From assembly GCF_004010195.1 (NCBI RefSeq), contig NC_057751.1, positions 13,404,711-13,468,710 on the forward strand: 64,000 bases of DNA, written 5' to 3'. Under the pieces are notes generated by a model that was not told the DNA's origin, searched no databases, and saw only the letters and a program-made list of their open reading frames with translations. Made by a program: the position numbers and the translations under genes. Source of the stretch: Chiloscyllium plagiosum. Its lineage: Eukaryota. Below are positions 26,836 through 40,745 of the stretch, one piece after another (the stretch's first letter is position 1; each line of letters begins with the position of its first letter).

Positions 26836-27888
26836 GTCTACTGTTATAATTTAAATGGGAAGAGTGTGCCAGTAATAATATCCCACTTTTCTAGGAATCA
26901 TCACTAAAGAATAAATCCCAAGTAGACCACAAGATGGCCAGTTTTCATGACTGACTGCTTTTCAAGATGTAAGCAATTCGTAACAGATTTTATCATGAAC
27001 TGAAAATATTCCTATTATTGTAACATATTTAATTTTAGCAGAGAAAAACAAAGGATTCCTAATCTATAACAGTGTAACTTAAAATATACCATTTAAAACT
27101 AGGTACTTGTCAGTACTAATCTTGACAGCCTTTGGACCATTCATGAGTCTACATTGTACAAAATGAAAAATAATCTTATCAGGGCAGCTAATACCCTGCA
27201 CAATGGCTTTGTTGCACTGTATTTCAGGATCAGCTTGCACAGTTCACAAATTGCTTACAAGGTTGCAATAAGACTAATTTTGCACTACATGACATTGTCA
27301 GAATCCCAGTAAACATATCAATCAGTGAAGGGGAAACAGTAGTAGAGAAATATCTGACCAGTTTCTCAACAAGGACACCCTGGAAAGTGAGGTCATTTAC
27401 TGCTCCATCTCAAGAGTGAATGTGAATGCAGAATGGAGCCCAGTAACATGTGTAAAGAAACAGTTGCATGTCACCATAGATAACAAATCTATCATCTGCA
27501 CATTGCAAACATGAAAAGACAGAGGAGAGTCTCGAAATGCATAAAGGCGAATAAATCCCTGGAACCAGGTCAGGTAAACCTAAGAACTTTGTGAGAAGCT
27601 AGGGTAGTGATTTCTGGGTCCCTTGCTAAGATATTTGTAGCACCGAAAACCATGGCTGAGGCGCCAGAAGACTGGAGGTTGGCAAATGTGATGTCATTAC
27701 TTCAGAAAGGCTGTAAGGAAATGCCAGGGAACTATAAACCGGTAAGCCTGACATCAGTAGTAGGCAAGTTGTTGGAGGGGATTCTGAGGGACAGGATTTA
27801 CATGTATTAGGAAAGGCAGTGACTGATTAGGGATAGTCCACATGGCTTTGTGCGTGGGCAATCAGTAGCTTGATTGAGTTTTATAAAG

Positions 27889-28109
27889 CTGGAAATGTGT
27901 TGCTGGAAAAGCGCAGCAGGTCAGGCAGCATCCAGGGAACAGGAGAATCGACGTTTCGGGCATAAGCCCTTCTTCAGGATTCCTGAAGAAGGGCTTATGC
28001 CCGAAACGTCGATTCTCCTGTTCCCTGGATGCTGCCTGACCTGCTGCGCTTTTCCAGCAACACATTTCCAGCTCTGATCTCCAGCATCTGCAGACCTCAC
28101 TTTCTCCCC
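27889..28109. mobile_element. Perfect fold-back Penelope terminal-repeat insertion (family A), 14-bp TSD, hammerhead motif on both strands
   Basis: 93-bp perfect inverted arms 27887-27979 and 27981-28073; TSD TGAGTTTTATAAAG at 27875-27888 and 28110-28123. Confidence 0.93.
27978..28015 (+). ncRNA. Minimal type I hammerhead ribozyme motif (family A)
   Basis: GATTC-CTGAAGA-A-GGGC/TTAT/GCCC-GAAA-CG-TC-GATTC; mirror copy on the minus strand at 27945-27982. Confidence 0.7.
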
Positions 28110-29289
28110 TGAGTTTTATAAAGAAATGACAAAGGGGATTGATGAAGGCAGAACCGTGGACGCTGTCCATATGGACTTTAGCAAGGCATTGGACAAGGTT
28201 CTGCATGGTAGACCGGTTAACAAGGTAAGATCACATGAAATACTGGGAGAACTAGTGATTTGGATACAAAATTACCTAGAAGGTAGGAGTCAGAGAGTGG
28301 TAATAGAGGGTTGGCTTTTGAACTGGAGGCCGGTGATCAGCGGTGTGCCAAAGGGATGGGTGCTGGGTTCACTGCTTTTTGTCATTTCTAGAAATGATTT
28401 GGATGTGAATATAGGAAGAATAGTTTGTAAATTTGCAGATGATACCAAAATTGGTGGTGCAGTGGACAGCAAAGAAGGTTCCCTCAGAATACAACTGGAC
28501 CTGATCAGTTGGGCCCGTGGGCCGAGGAGTGGCAGATGGAGTTTAATTTAGATAAATGTGAGATGCTGCAATTTGGAAAGGCATATCAGGGCAGGACTTA
28601 GACAATTATTGGAAAAGTCCTGGGGAGAGTTGCCAAACAAAGAGACCTTGGAGTGCAGATAGACAGGGCGCGAAAGAAGACGTTTGGTATGCGACCCTTG
28701 ATTGGTCAGTGCACTGAGTACAGGAGTTGGGAAGTCATGCTGTGGCTGTACAAGTCATTGGTTCGGTCACTTTTTGAATACTGTGTTCAATTCTAGTCTC
28801 CCTGCTATTGTAACGATGTTGTGAAACTTGAAAGGGTTTGGAAAAGCTTTACAAGGATTTTGCCAGGTTTGGAGGGTTTGAGCCATAAGGAAAAGGCCGG
28901 GGCTATTTTCCCTGGAGCGTCAGGGGCTGAGGGGTAACCTCATAAGGGGCATAGATAGAGTGAATAGTCAAGGTCTTTTCCCCAGGGTGGAGAGTCCAAA
29001 ACTAAATGGCATTGGTTAAAGGTGAGAGGGAAAAGATTTAAAAGGGACCTAAGGGGCAACTTTTCACACAGACCGATGGTGCGTATATGGAATGAATGGG
29101 AGAAAGTGGTGGAGGCTGGTCCAATTGCAAAATTTAAAAGGCATCCATATGGGTATATGAATAAGAAAGGTTGAGAGGGATATGGGCCAAATGTTGGCAA
29201 ATATGATTAGATTAACTTAGGATATCTGGTCAGCATGGACGAGTTGGACTGAAGGGTCGTACTGTACATATCTATGACTCTATCTGATG

Positions 29290-30400
29290 TCATTCCATTG
29301 AAGACCCATTTCTCATGGATCACAGCAAAGATGTTTGTGACTGCTGGGCCTTGCAGCAATTCTATTGTAACACCAGCTATTTGGGCATACATGGCATTGC
29401 GAAAAGTGAATGCAGCTGCGTGACCTGGTAAGTTTATAAGTTCAATGAATATTGATTCACATAACATGAGGGGTGTAGGCCACCATGATATCGAGCTGCA
29501 ATTCAGATATCTATAGCTTCCTTGAGTAGTTCACTGGTGAATAGGCTGGCAATGTCAATTTAGCGCAGGGATACTTCATTGTTATCTATGGGAAGGTCCT
29601 TTATGGATTTTGTAAAATGAAGGAATCCTTCACCACGCATGTGGAAAAACCTGCTGAAAACTTCTTTCAGCAATTCACTCAATCACTTGGCTAGCTCCTG
29701 TTGCACAGAACCAATCATAGATAAGATAGGACGTGAAAATACATCATTTTTGTGTACCTTGGAAAGTTCATACACACGCTGAGAGGTGAGGACCAATCCT
29801 ATTGTAGATAAATCAACAGGCTGATTGCCCTTCTCACACGAGAGCAGCAATCATGTCTTAGCTTTTTTTAAGTCAGACTGTCCCATGACAATAAGCAGCA
29901 ATCCAATGGATATGAATGTGGACATGTCATTAAGAATGGTGCACATTTCATTGAGTTCATTACATGAAGGATGACTATTCTTGTCACTTTGTCTTGTTTA
30001 CTGTTATGTACATCCACATTGGCCTTGAGGCCTTTCAACACTGTCAGATATTTGTGTTGCACGCGAAAGTCAGACATGACATTTGAAGTCCTGTAATACT
30101 CCAGTGCAAGATCAATTAGGTCTGCATGCAACAATTCACCTTCGGCGTCACTGGTTTCAGGTGGGGTGACTGGAAATAGAGGACTTCAAACTCAGCTTTT
30201 ACCTCTTCCTGTTTGATGTGAGAAGTCACACCAAAACTGAAAGAAACTCCTTAATTTCTGAGAGTGCATTGTCTGATAGTTTAAACAAAATGTCTCTTTC
30301 TTCAGCAATACTATTTGCTGTGTTCTTCCCAGAAGATCAGCAACGTTCTACTACACATGCTCAGTTACAGGGTTCTCACAGGATAAACAAAGACACATAG
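29290..30400 (-). mobile_element. Penelope-like reverse transcriptase remnant
   Basis: LSDNALS..; LKGLKANVDVHNSKQDKVTRIVIL; DIASLFTS..EAIDI; FTFRNAMYAQIAGVTIELLQGPAVTNIF (PLE RT motifs). Confidence 0.75.
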
Positions 30401-31156
30401 ATGACATGTTCGAAGGGAGTGGATAAGAGTAATCATTCACTGTTGCATGTAACCTGATTTCAAGCCAAATACAGAATATTTATTTTGTGTTGCTTTTCAA
30501 TTTTAAATTGGAGCTAAGCATGTTTTTTTTCTTAAAGCTCCTGCTCCTTTGCTGCTTGTACCTCATGGTGAGGGACTATCCCTCGATCATCTCCAGATTG
30601 TGCTGTAGACGACAAGAACTCTTGAAACCATTTTCGCAAATATATACATGGTTCCTTCAGAATGGTCCAAACAATTGAAACATTGCTTCAGCATATCCCT
30701 GTGTTCAGTTATGTCATATCTCATGTGGCAGCATAGCAGTTTTAATGAACAAGCTATGTATGTATTTGAGAATTGCACAGTAGTTATCAGAAATATTATC
30801 AACAGATAGCCTTTTTCACCCAGAAGCCATACTTCGCCATGGTGACTCCAATGTCGCTGGAACAGTAGACTGGTACAGACTAAAGGGATCATAACAATGC
30901 AGTCCTACTGCAGACCTGTACTCATTCCATCTGTTTCTTTTGGACAAGAGATTTAGATTTAGATTTTTTTGTCATGTGCACGCGAATACAGAAATACAGG
31001 AGTACAGGTGAAAAGTGAACAAAGTTGCCATTTTCCAGCGCCATCTTAGCACACAAAAGACAGGATTAAAAATAAAAGCAGAAATAGAAGAAACAGCCAA
31101 AGTAAACGGAAATGACTAGATCAGGCACCATCTTAGCATACAAAAGATAGGGTTAG

Positions 31157-31595
31157 AACATAAGAATATAAGAACGTGGAGCATGAGAAGGCCATCCGGC
31201 CCATCAAACCTGGTCTGCCACTCAATAAGATCATTGCATGGACTCAGCTCCACTTACCAGCACTCGCACTATATCCCTTACTTCCTTTAATTTTCAAAAA
31301 AAAAATCTGGTTAAGGATAAGATTGTCCACTTAATACAGAGATGACAAAGAATTCTCCCAGTGGATTGTGAATCTGCAGAATTCTAGATCGCAGACAGCT
31401 GACCAGCCTGAGTTGCTATGTATATTCAAGACTGAGACAGACAGATTTTTAATCAGTAAGGGAATCAAGAGCTATGGGGTAAAGGCAGGAGAGTAGATGA
31501 AGGATCATCAGATCAGCCTTGATTTCACTGAATGGCAGAGCAGACTTGATAGGCTGAAAGGTCTACTTCCGCTCCGATGTTATTTGGTCTTATGA
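31157..31595. mobile_element. CR1 3' end fragments in opposite orientations
   Basis: 31157-31290 minus-strand tail; 31340-31595 plus-strand tail. Confidence 0.6.
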
Positions 31596-31806
31596 TAGAC
31601 TTATGGAATTTATTTTCAGCTCACAAGATTTAGAGATTAGTGTGACCCAGAGTGTTGAGTTCCAATATGGTACTGTTGATGTCAATGTTACATTATACAG
31701 ATTTATGTCATGATCCATGTGCTCTACATACTTCTGATGAACTATGTGCACACTACCACCATGAAGAGTATGGCATTTGTTGCAATTCTCCCAAAAATGT
31801 TGACAT

Positions 31807-32718
31807 TGTTATGACATAGGGACAGCAAGCCATACCACATCAGCCTCACTCTCAGTGGATTCACAACATAGTGATCTTAAAACATTCAATGACCCTCAAA
31901 ACTGCTCAATTTTCAAACAATAAGCCTTGGACCCGAGGTTTATAGTTTTGAAAAAATGAACAATTTAACAAACTTAACTTTGGCAGAACACAGATGAAAA
32001 ATAAGGCAATCTAATTAATATCTATAGCCTAAGCCCAATTTTCTTTGAATACTGACCCACAGTCACACACCAACAGTCACAGTTAACAGATAAATTAGAA
32101 AAAATAATTTGATTGGCTAGTTCAATAATCATTTCAGTAAAATCCTTGGACAATGAGCAGTATGACAAGCATATAAGACTGTACCTTGCTTGAATTCCTA
32201 AGAGATGGTCAATGCCAATAGCTACCACAGACCTCCGGAGACCTTTACTTAGGTCTCATACATTGGTGTTTTTTTCTCAGAACTTTCAATGAGTCATTAA
32301 CTGCAAAATAACTAGAGTGCAAAACCAAAAACCAGCCCAGTCCTGCAGCCCCCAAAGCAAAACTGTCTCCTGCCCAAAGCCCAGTCAAAGGCAGCTCACA
32401 CTTTGTATTATTTTTCTCAATATTCTCGATGATTACTGGACAGCACTGGTCCCCCCTTACAGGAACAAATCAACATCCAAGCAGACACCAGTCCCTGACC
32501 AAAACAACACTTTGGTTCCAGTTCATCTGCAGTAATTTTAGGACAGACATTAACCTGCATTATCTTTCCAGGCCAATTCCCAAAACCAAAATTAGCTTTT
32601 TGCTCTCTCTTCTTTTATTTAAAAAAAAGCTATTGTTTGAAGTTTAATTCTAATCTGCAACGCACAGTTCCAAACCAAAAATTAGGGAAATAAAATAAAA
32701 ATAGCAGTGGTCTCAACA
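31807..32718 (-). mobile_element. Possible solo LTR
   Basis: TGTTATGA...CAACA termini like other LTRs here; no clean TSD. Confidence 0.4.
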
Positions 32719-35589
32719 ATGCAGCACTCATTTTTAATGCCAGGCAATTGGTTGCAAATAGTCCTAATTTCTCACTCAATAATCTCCACAGGTCCAGATC
32801 TCACCTCCTTGACCTTCCCAAACTCTTCTGCTCAGCATTTTGCCAATGGAGGGAGTCTCTGATTCAGTTGAAGTGGTGGAAGGTTTTTTGGGAGCATCTC
32901 AATGGAGTGAAAAATGAATTGGCGAAGGTGAAACTGAGGAAGTCACAACTTTGCTTGCAAGTACAGAGAAAACTTTTGTTTCACTTGACCCCAGTGAGCA
33001 AAGGCAGATTTACCATGTCACACATTTTCAGTCTTCAGATTTGAAGTAGGCTAGCAGGAAAACCTCCCGTAATTTGCCTGGTGAGGCCAAATATAAATTG
33101 CAGCAGGGCCTTAATTACATAAGCACTAACTGCCGACTTGGAACCAGGCAGGTCGGGTCAAAACGAAACCCTAACATTGCAGCCAGATGAGAACTCAAGA
33201 GAAGTTTTTGTTCATTTTCAATTTTGGGGAAAGGTAGTTTCAATGCAGCAACTGAAACTGTTAAATTAAAAAAAAACTTTGCATCATTTCAATATTCCAC
33301 AGTATAATATTGGCATGTTTTTTGTGTTCATTTTCTTGTTCAATTGTTTTAACGTTTTAGCTACAGAATGTTGTACTGAGCCATTTTCTGCCTAATTGTA
33401 GCTGCTTCTTAAAAGAGGATGTTCAAGAATGAATGAAAAAATGTACATCAATTAACAAAGTTACAGAAATTTAATATAATAAAATAAATATTTCATTTAA
33501 TGTATTTTCCAGATAACCATAAAAAAAGAGTAGTTTTAATTCAAATTATTTTCAACTAATGTACAATGACTGCCTAAGTCAGACAAATGGAATAAAATTA
33601 TCAACTAGAGGTTGTAATGAAAGTGAGTAATGTTACTGTTCATACATCCTGAAATAAATATTTTTTAATCAGTATTTGTCTTTATTGCTTGTTCAGTGAA
33701 TGACTTTGTAAGAACTTCATTAGAATCTAAATGTGCATACAGGTTGTGAAATATTTATTAAATCAAGGCCATTTTTGAACAGTCGGCAATGTTATAAAGG
33801 TTATTGCACTAAATAATTAATAATTATGAAAATACATTTTGTGATATTATTTCTCAGTATTCAAGATATAGATTGATATTGGAATAATGTTACTGCAAAG
33901 GTGAAAAACTTAAAGCTTAAAGTTACTGACCTCCATTATAAGCATCCTGAGAAAAAAGATAAAATGAAAATTTCACATATTATGGTACTTACCCAGTGAA
34001 ATGAGGCAAAAAGATGAAAAGAATGTTTTGCCTGAAAAGTTCTCAAATACATGAACTTCTCAAAGCAGTAAATCAACAAGAAACTAACTTATATTCATTG
34101 CATTTTGAATAATCCAGTCAATGTTTGTGGAGATCCAGACAGCAATGATGTTTTGAGAGAAATGAATTGGCACCCATAATGACAGTAAACAATTAAAAAT
34201 GAAGTACTGGTGTAGCTATGATGCATAAAGTGCCAGAATGTTTAACTCCTTTATATTTTATCCTGCAGCAAATATGATCTTCCAACAGTGACCTTTGTCA
34301 TTTGTTCCTCTGAAACCTGTTATCACGAGTGTATGAATCACAATTTCAGATTTCTCATTGCTGTTCTTTTTACCGTAATTGTGATGTTCTCCTGGGTATT
34401 AACAGTAAAAATGTTGCCATGTGCTCCGTCGTAAGTTGTGACTCATTTCAAGCGCCCCCGAGCTCATAACACTCAGCAAAATGAAGAGGTGGCCTCTCTT
34501 CCCCTTTAGAGTTCATGATTTCAAACATGTATGCAGGCACAAAATATTATTGAGATTATAATAAGTATTAGAACATGGATTTAACTGAGATTTTATTTAA
34601 AGCTGAATTGTCTTCATTAAGGCCAGCATATTCCTTTCCACAAAGTCATGGATGTCACTGTACACAAAGGGGATTTCCCACCTTAAGGTTGTGCCCAAAT
34701 GCAACGTCTTTACGTAGTCTGCATGCAGTTGTAATCATCACTCACTATCTAATTTGGGTCACTTACTGTTAGCAGTTGAAATGTTCCAAACCTCAACTTG
34801 TGTACAATAATATTTCGTAAAAATTGCATTTTAATGATGCATTGTTCATAGTGTTTTACAAGACAATAAAATTTGGAGCTAAGAGATGTTCTTAACCATG
34901 AGAATAAAGCATGGCACATACTGCTGAACTATATTATTTCCTAAAAGCAAATCTTAGTATTGTTCATGATCTATAAATGAAGGGCATACATAAATGTCAG
35001 TGCATTAATTTTGTGAAACAAAAAGCACTTGCCTGATGATTGCAACTCCAACAACAGTCATGTAGCTCACTGCCATCCAACAGAGTTTAGCTCATTTGAT
35101 TGGCATCACCCATCAGCCACATTAAACATTCACTCCCTTTACAACTCACATTCTAGCAGCAGTGTATGCCATATACAATTTGCAGCGCAGGAACATCTAT
35201 CCTTCTGTTGACAGAATTTCTCAATTGCAAAACCTCTACTGCCCTTTTACTCACGAGAAATCTATTTCTTTGTTAAACATCTTCACTGCCTTAGCCATCA
35301 CAACCTTCTAAAGTAGAGAATTACATTTGTTAAAGCCTCCTGCCTCCAAACAAAAACTCCAGCTCCATGGGACAGCACATTTATGCAGTGATTCAAATAG
35401 ATGACCGACACTAATTTTCAGGCAAAAATGTGAAGACTGAATACATTTATAGTGTATAAAACACTGTCAGCATCCAGAGAACCAGAGTTGAAGGGCAGGA
35501 GGAGTTCACCTCTACAAATATCAGCACCTGCAAATTTCCCTCCATCCTGACTTAGATTTATCATCTCTTCACTTTAGTTGGATCAAAAT

Positions 35590-36545
35590 CTGGATGTGAG
35601 CATAAGAGGAATAGTTAATAAGTTTACAGGTGACACCAAAATTGGAGGTGGAGTGAACAGTGAAGAAGGTTACCTCAGATTACAACAGGATCTTGATCAA
35701 ATGGGCCAATGAGCTGAGGAGTGGCAGATAGAGTTTAATTTAGATAAATGCGAGATGCCGCATTTTGGGAAAGCAAATCTTAGCAGGACTTATACATTTA
35801 ATGGTAAGGTCCTAGGGGGTATTGCTGAAACAAAGGGACCTTGGAGTGCAGGTTTATAGCTCCTTGGAAGTAGAGTTGCAGGCAGATAGGATAGTGAAGA
35901 AGGCGTTTGGTATGCTTTTCTTTATTGGTCAGAGTATTGAGTACAGGAGTTGGGAGGTCATACTGCAGCTGTACAGTGCATTAGTTCGGCCACTTTTGGA
36001 ATATTGCATTCAATTCTGGTCTCCTTCCTATCGGAAGAATATTGTGAAACTTGAAAGGGTTCAGAAAAGATTTACAAAGATGTTGCCAGGGTTGGAGGAT
36101 TTGAGCTATAGGGAAAGGTTGAATAAACTGGGGCTGTTTTCCCTGGAGTGTCAGAGGCTGAGGGGTGACCTTATAAAGGTTTATAAAATCATGGGGGGAA
36201 GGGGGGGGCATAGATAGGATCAATAGACAAAGTCTTTTCCCTGGGGTAGTGGAGTCCAGAATCAGAGGGCATAGGTTTAGAGTGAGAGGGAAAAAATATC
36301 CAAGAGGCAATGTTTTCACACAGAGGGTGGTAAGTGTACGAAATGAGCTGCCAGAGGAAGTGGTGGAATCTGGTACAAATGCAACATTTAAAAGGCATCT
36401 GGATGGGTATATGAATAGGAAGGGTTTGGAGAGATATGGGCCTGGTGCTGGCAAGTGGGACCAGATTAGTTTGGGATATCTGGTCGGCATGGACGGGGTG
36501 GACCAAAGGTTCTGTTTCCATGCTGTACATCTTTATGACTCCATA
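35590..36545 (+). mobile_element. CR1 LINE 3' part
   Basis: RDLGVQV..LYSALVRPLLEYCIQFWSP..LERVQKRFTKMLPGL; FTQRVVSVRNELPEEVV. Confidence 0.93.
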
Positions 36546-37634
36546 AAAGCCTTGAAATCCCTTCCTAATAGCATTGTGGATGTATATACATGATAAGAAA
36601 TGCAGTGATTTAAGAAGGCAGTGGACTGCCATTTTCTCAAGGACACTTAGGAATGGACATCAAATTCTGGCCTTGCTACTAATACATAATCATATGAAAG
36701 ACTTCAACACTTCTCAGCCAATAAAATATATTGATATTGGTGGTTGGAATGGGATGTGTGACTCAAAAGAATTACAATACTTCATCATTTTAGTAGCTTT
36801 AATATTCACAGGACCATTATAAAATGAATTAGGACACGAAGCGACATGAAGAGTTATTGGTCAAAGCAGTAACTTTGAGAAGTTTCCAAAAGGAGAAAAA
36901 ATGTAGAGAGGTGGAGAGATAGAGGAAATGTATTTGGGATCTTAGAACAAGCAGATGTGCTAAGGTAAACCAGTACATAGATTTTATGTATCTATTTTCC
37001 ATCTCCAAAAAAGAAATGTTTCTGATTCAGTAAAACTTAGCTCAGTCAGGAAGGAGAGATTCAGAGAAAGACACAGCCTGAGTGAATATATAGTTTGGGA
37101 AATTTGGAGGCAAATGGGTGCAGGGGGGAAGAGGTGCAGTTCGGTTGTTCTTCTGTTGGCACTGAGATTGTAAGTATTTTTTAACAGGATAAATTGAAGC
37201 CAAATAGAGCCCAGTAAAAAAGAGTGACATGACAGGCAAACCATAAGTTCATTGGTTGGAAATAGCTATTGATTTGACTATATATTTTTGGTTACTTGCA
37301 GATTGAAGAAACCAACGGGGAAATATTTACAGGCTATAAACTAAAAGACTAGTGTGACTTTTTTTAAAAATTGAGTTAAGAACTCATTAATTAAACAGAT
37401 TGGTGGACCAGGCGATGTGTTGTAACTGCATGATGTGGGAACTGCTGGGCCCCATTGTGGTTCATTGTGACCACATTTGTATCAACTGTTGGTTGCTTGA
37501 CGAACTGCAGTTCAGTGTTGATTAACTACCTCAAATCCAATCAGTAGTCTGGGACAGGAGAGCGTGACGACCAGTGAAGCAAGTAAAGGGATATGGGAGG
37601 TAATGCAGAAGGAGTCTCAGCCCATGTGCTTGTC

Positions 37635-38020
37635 ATAGAGTCAGAACACCGCATGTGACCTTTCAGTCCAACTTGTCTGCGCTGACCAGACGTCCCAATC
37701 TGACCTAATCCCATTTGCTAGCATTTGGCCAATTTCCCTGTAAACCCTTCCTTTTCATATATCCATCCAAATGCCTTTTAAAAGTGGTCATTGTACCCAC
37801 TTTCACCACTTCCTCTGGCAGCTCAGTCCATACCTGCACCATTCTTTGCATGAAAAAAATGCCCCTGATGTCCCTTTATAATCTTTCCCCTCTCCCCTTA
37901 AACCTATGCCCTTTAGTTTTGCACTTTCCCCCCTTCTAGGAAACAGACCTTGGCTAGTCATCCTATCCATGCCCCTCATGATTGTATAAGCCTCTATAAG
38001 GTCACCCCTCAGCCTCCAGC
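37635..38020 (-). mobile_element. CR1 LINE 3' end
   Basis: Reverse complement of the CR1 C-terminus and 3' UTR. Confidence 0.85.
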
Positions 38021-38030
38021 AGTATGATGT

Positions 38031-38597
38031 TGTGACTTTATGATGTGTGTTTCATCCTGGTTTCTTTTAGAGACAGATTGAGGCATGAGTGTGACAGTCT
38101 ATGAGAAGGTAACTAACTTGTGGGGCTTTGGGGACTTTTAAAAAAAGTTGTAACAATAGAAGCAGCCTGAGTGGGTGTGGTCAAGCGCTCACAGATCCAG
38201 AATGTTTAGTTAGCTTCCAGCAGTTGCTGTTGGGGTCTTGAAGGAGTGGAAGTTATTCTCCCACTCTTGATTTCAGCAAAAAGCTGGAGGTTCTCTTCCT
38301 AGGCTGCCAGACTGCATGTGAGATAAATCAGTATTCTGAATTTGCCTTTTGCCAAGTGATGTTTATGGTAAGTTACTATGTTGGAACAGTTAATTAGTAA
38401 CAGCTACGAGATGTACTATACTGTTACATTTTCCAATGGAGTTAAGTTATTCCAAGTACTTCTTTCTTTTGGTGTATTTTGACTGTAGTATTTGAATAAA
38501 TTGTGTTTTGCTTCATGTCAAGTAGTTGAACCAACCAAATTGAATCTGGAACACAGCACCTGACATTTACCTTTAAAATAACAGAAGTTATGATCGA
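38031..38597 (+). mobile_element. LTR fragment
   Basis: Starts TGTGAC, has AATAAA at about 38495; 3' part resembles 2530-2714; truncated by CR1. Confidence 0.5.
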
Positions 38598-39550
38598 GAC
38601 TACCTTGATGGTATTAGTAATAACATTAGCAAATTTGCTGATGATACTAAGCTGGGTAGCAGGGTGAAATGTGATGAGGATGTTAGGAGATTACAGGGTG
38701 ACGTGGACAAGTTAGGTGAGTGGTCAGATGCATGGCAGATGCAGCTTAATGTGGATAAATGTATGGTTATCCACTTTGGTGGCAAGAACAGGAAGGCAAA
38801 CTACTACGTAAATGGAATCAATTTCGGTAAAGGGGCAGTAGAGAGAGATCTGGGTGTTCTTGTACACCAGTCGATGAAGGTAAGCATGCAGGCATAGCAG
38901 GTAGTGAAGAAGGCTAATAACATGCTGGCCTTCATAACAAGAGGGATTGTGTACAGAAGCAAAGAGGTTCTTCTGCAGCTGTACAGGGCCCTTGTGAAAC
39001 CACACCTGGAGGACTACGTGCAGTTCTGGTCTCCAAATTTGAGGAAAGACATTCTGGCTATTGAGGGAGTGCAGTGGAGGTTCACGAGGTAAATTCCTGG
39101 AATGGCGGGATTACCTTACATTGAAAGACTGGAGCGTCTGGGCTTGTATACCCTTGAGTTTAGAAGACTGAGAGGGGATATGATTGAGACATATAAGATT
39201 ATTAAAGGATTGGACACTCTGGAGGCAGGAAACATGTTTCCGCTGATGGGTGAGTGCCGAACCAGAGGACACAGACCATTTAGGACAGAGATGAGGAGAA
39301 ACTTCTTCACCCAGAGAGTGGTGGCTGTGTGGAATGCTCTGCCCCAGAGGGCAGTGGAGGCCCAGTCTCTGGATTCAGTAAAGAAAGAATTGGATAGAGC
39401 TCTCAAGGATTGTGGAATCAAGGGTTATGGCGATAAGGCAGGAACAGGATACTGATTAAGGATGATCAGCCATGATCATATTGAATGGTGGTGCAGGCTC
39501 GAAGGGCAGAATGGCCTACTCCTGCACCTATTGTCTATTGTCTACCTTCT
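38598..39550 (+). mobile_element. Young CR1 (HER1-like) LINE 3' part
   Basis: KFADDTKLG; WQMQLNVDKCMVIHFG; LYRALVKPHLE; RRNFFTQRVVAVWNALP; TATTGTC tail. Confidence 0.93.
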
Positions 39551-39574
39551 TAATATATCTTGCGGAACATCTGG

Positions 39575-40745
39575 TCTGTTCCATAACACTGACGCTCCAG
39601 GGAAAAAGGCCTCAGCCTATTCAACCTCGTCCTACAACTCAAACTCTCCAGTGCCAGCGACATTCTTGTAAATCCTTTCTGAACTCTCAAGTTTATCAAT
39701 CTCCAATATTGAAGGGCAACTAGAATGGCATGTGGTATTCTAAAAGTAGCCTCACCAAAGTCCTGTACAGCTGCAACATGACATCCTAATTCCAACGATT
39801 AATGTATTGACCAAAGAAGACAAGCGTGCCAAATGCCTTCTTCACCACCCTGACTCCCTGCAATTCAACTTTCAAGGAACTGTACACCTGAATCTTGAGG
39901 TTTCTTTGTTTGGCAACACTCCCCAGGGTCCTGCCATTAATTGTATAAGTCCCGCCCTGGTTTGCCTCACCAAAATGCAATACCTCTCATTTATCTAAAT
40001 TAAACTCCAACTAGCACTTCTCAGCCGATTGGCCCATCTGAGCAAAGTCCTTTTGTATTCTAAGATAATCTTCTTCACTGTCCACTAAACTACCTAGTTT
40101 GGTGTCATCTGCAAAGTTACTAACCATATCTCTTATATTCACATTCAAAGCATTTATGTAAATGACGAAAAGCAGTGCTCCAGGCACCTATCTTTGTGGC
40201 ATATTTCTGGTCACAGGCTTCCAGTCCAAAAAGCTATCCTCTTTTAACCAAAAAATACAAGCAGAAAACTCATGTCCAGCCTCCCCCTCCCCACTATTGC
40301 AACACCGCCCCTGTCAGACACTCCTAAGTCAAGAACATTATCAGGTACAGAGTAAAGTTCAATCCACTCTTTTAAAGCAACCCCTCTATCACCATCCTCT
40401 GTCTTCTTCCTAAAAGCCAATTTTATGTCCAATTGGCTAGCTCCCCCAGATCCCGTGGGATGTAACCTGCCTAAGTAGTATGCCATGCGGGACCTTGTTG
40501 CATGCTTTGCTGAAGTCCATACTGACAATGTCTACCACTCTGCCTTCATTAATCTTCTTTGTCACCTCTTCAAAAAACTCAATCACATTAGTGAGACATG
40601 ATTTCCTCTGCACAAAGCCATATTGATTGTCCCTCATCAGACCCTGCCTTTCCAAATGCATGTAAATTCAGTACCTCAGAATCCCCTCCAACAACTTACC
40701 CAACACTAATGTAAGGCTTACTGTCTGTAGTTCCCTGGCTTTTCC
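39575..40745 (-). mobile_element. CR1 LINE RT fragment
   Basis: QYGFVQRKSCLTNVIEFFEEVT..DFSKACNKVPH; MHFGEANQG. Confidence 0.9.

Larger units (their letters stand above)
27520..29285 (+). mobile_element. CR1 LINE ORF2 RT domain to 3' end, interrupted by a palindromic PLE
   Basis: PEDWRLANV..GNYKPVSLTSVVGKLLE; MDFSKALDKV; GVPKGWVLG; KFADDTKIGG; TCTATGACTCTAT tail. Confidence 0.92.

Noticed and set aside
27862..28206. Nearly identical peptides on both strands (LEMCCWKSAAGQAAS...)
   Set aside because: A consequence of the DNA palindrome; the same text recurs wherever the repeat occurs.
31040..31160. About 35-bp imperfect direct repeat CCATCTTAGCA.ACAAAAGA.AGG
   Set aside because: Probably internal to an unclassified repeat fragment; too little signal.
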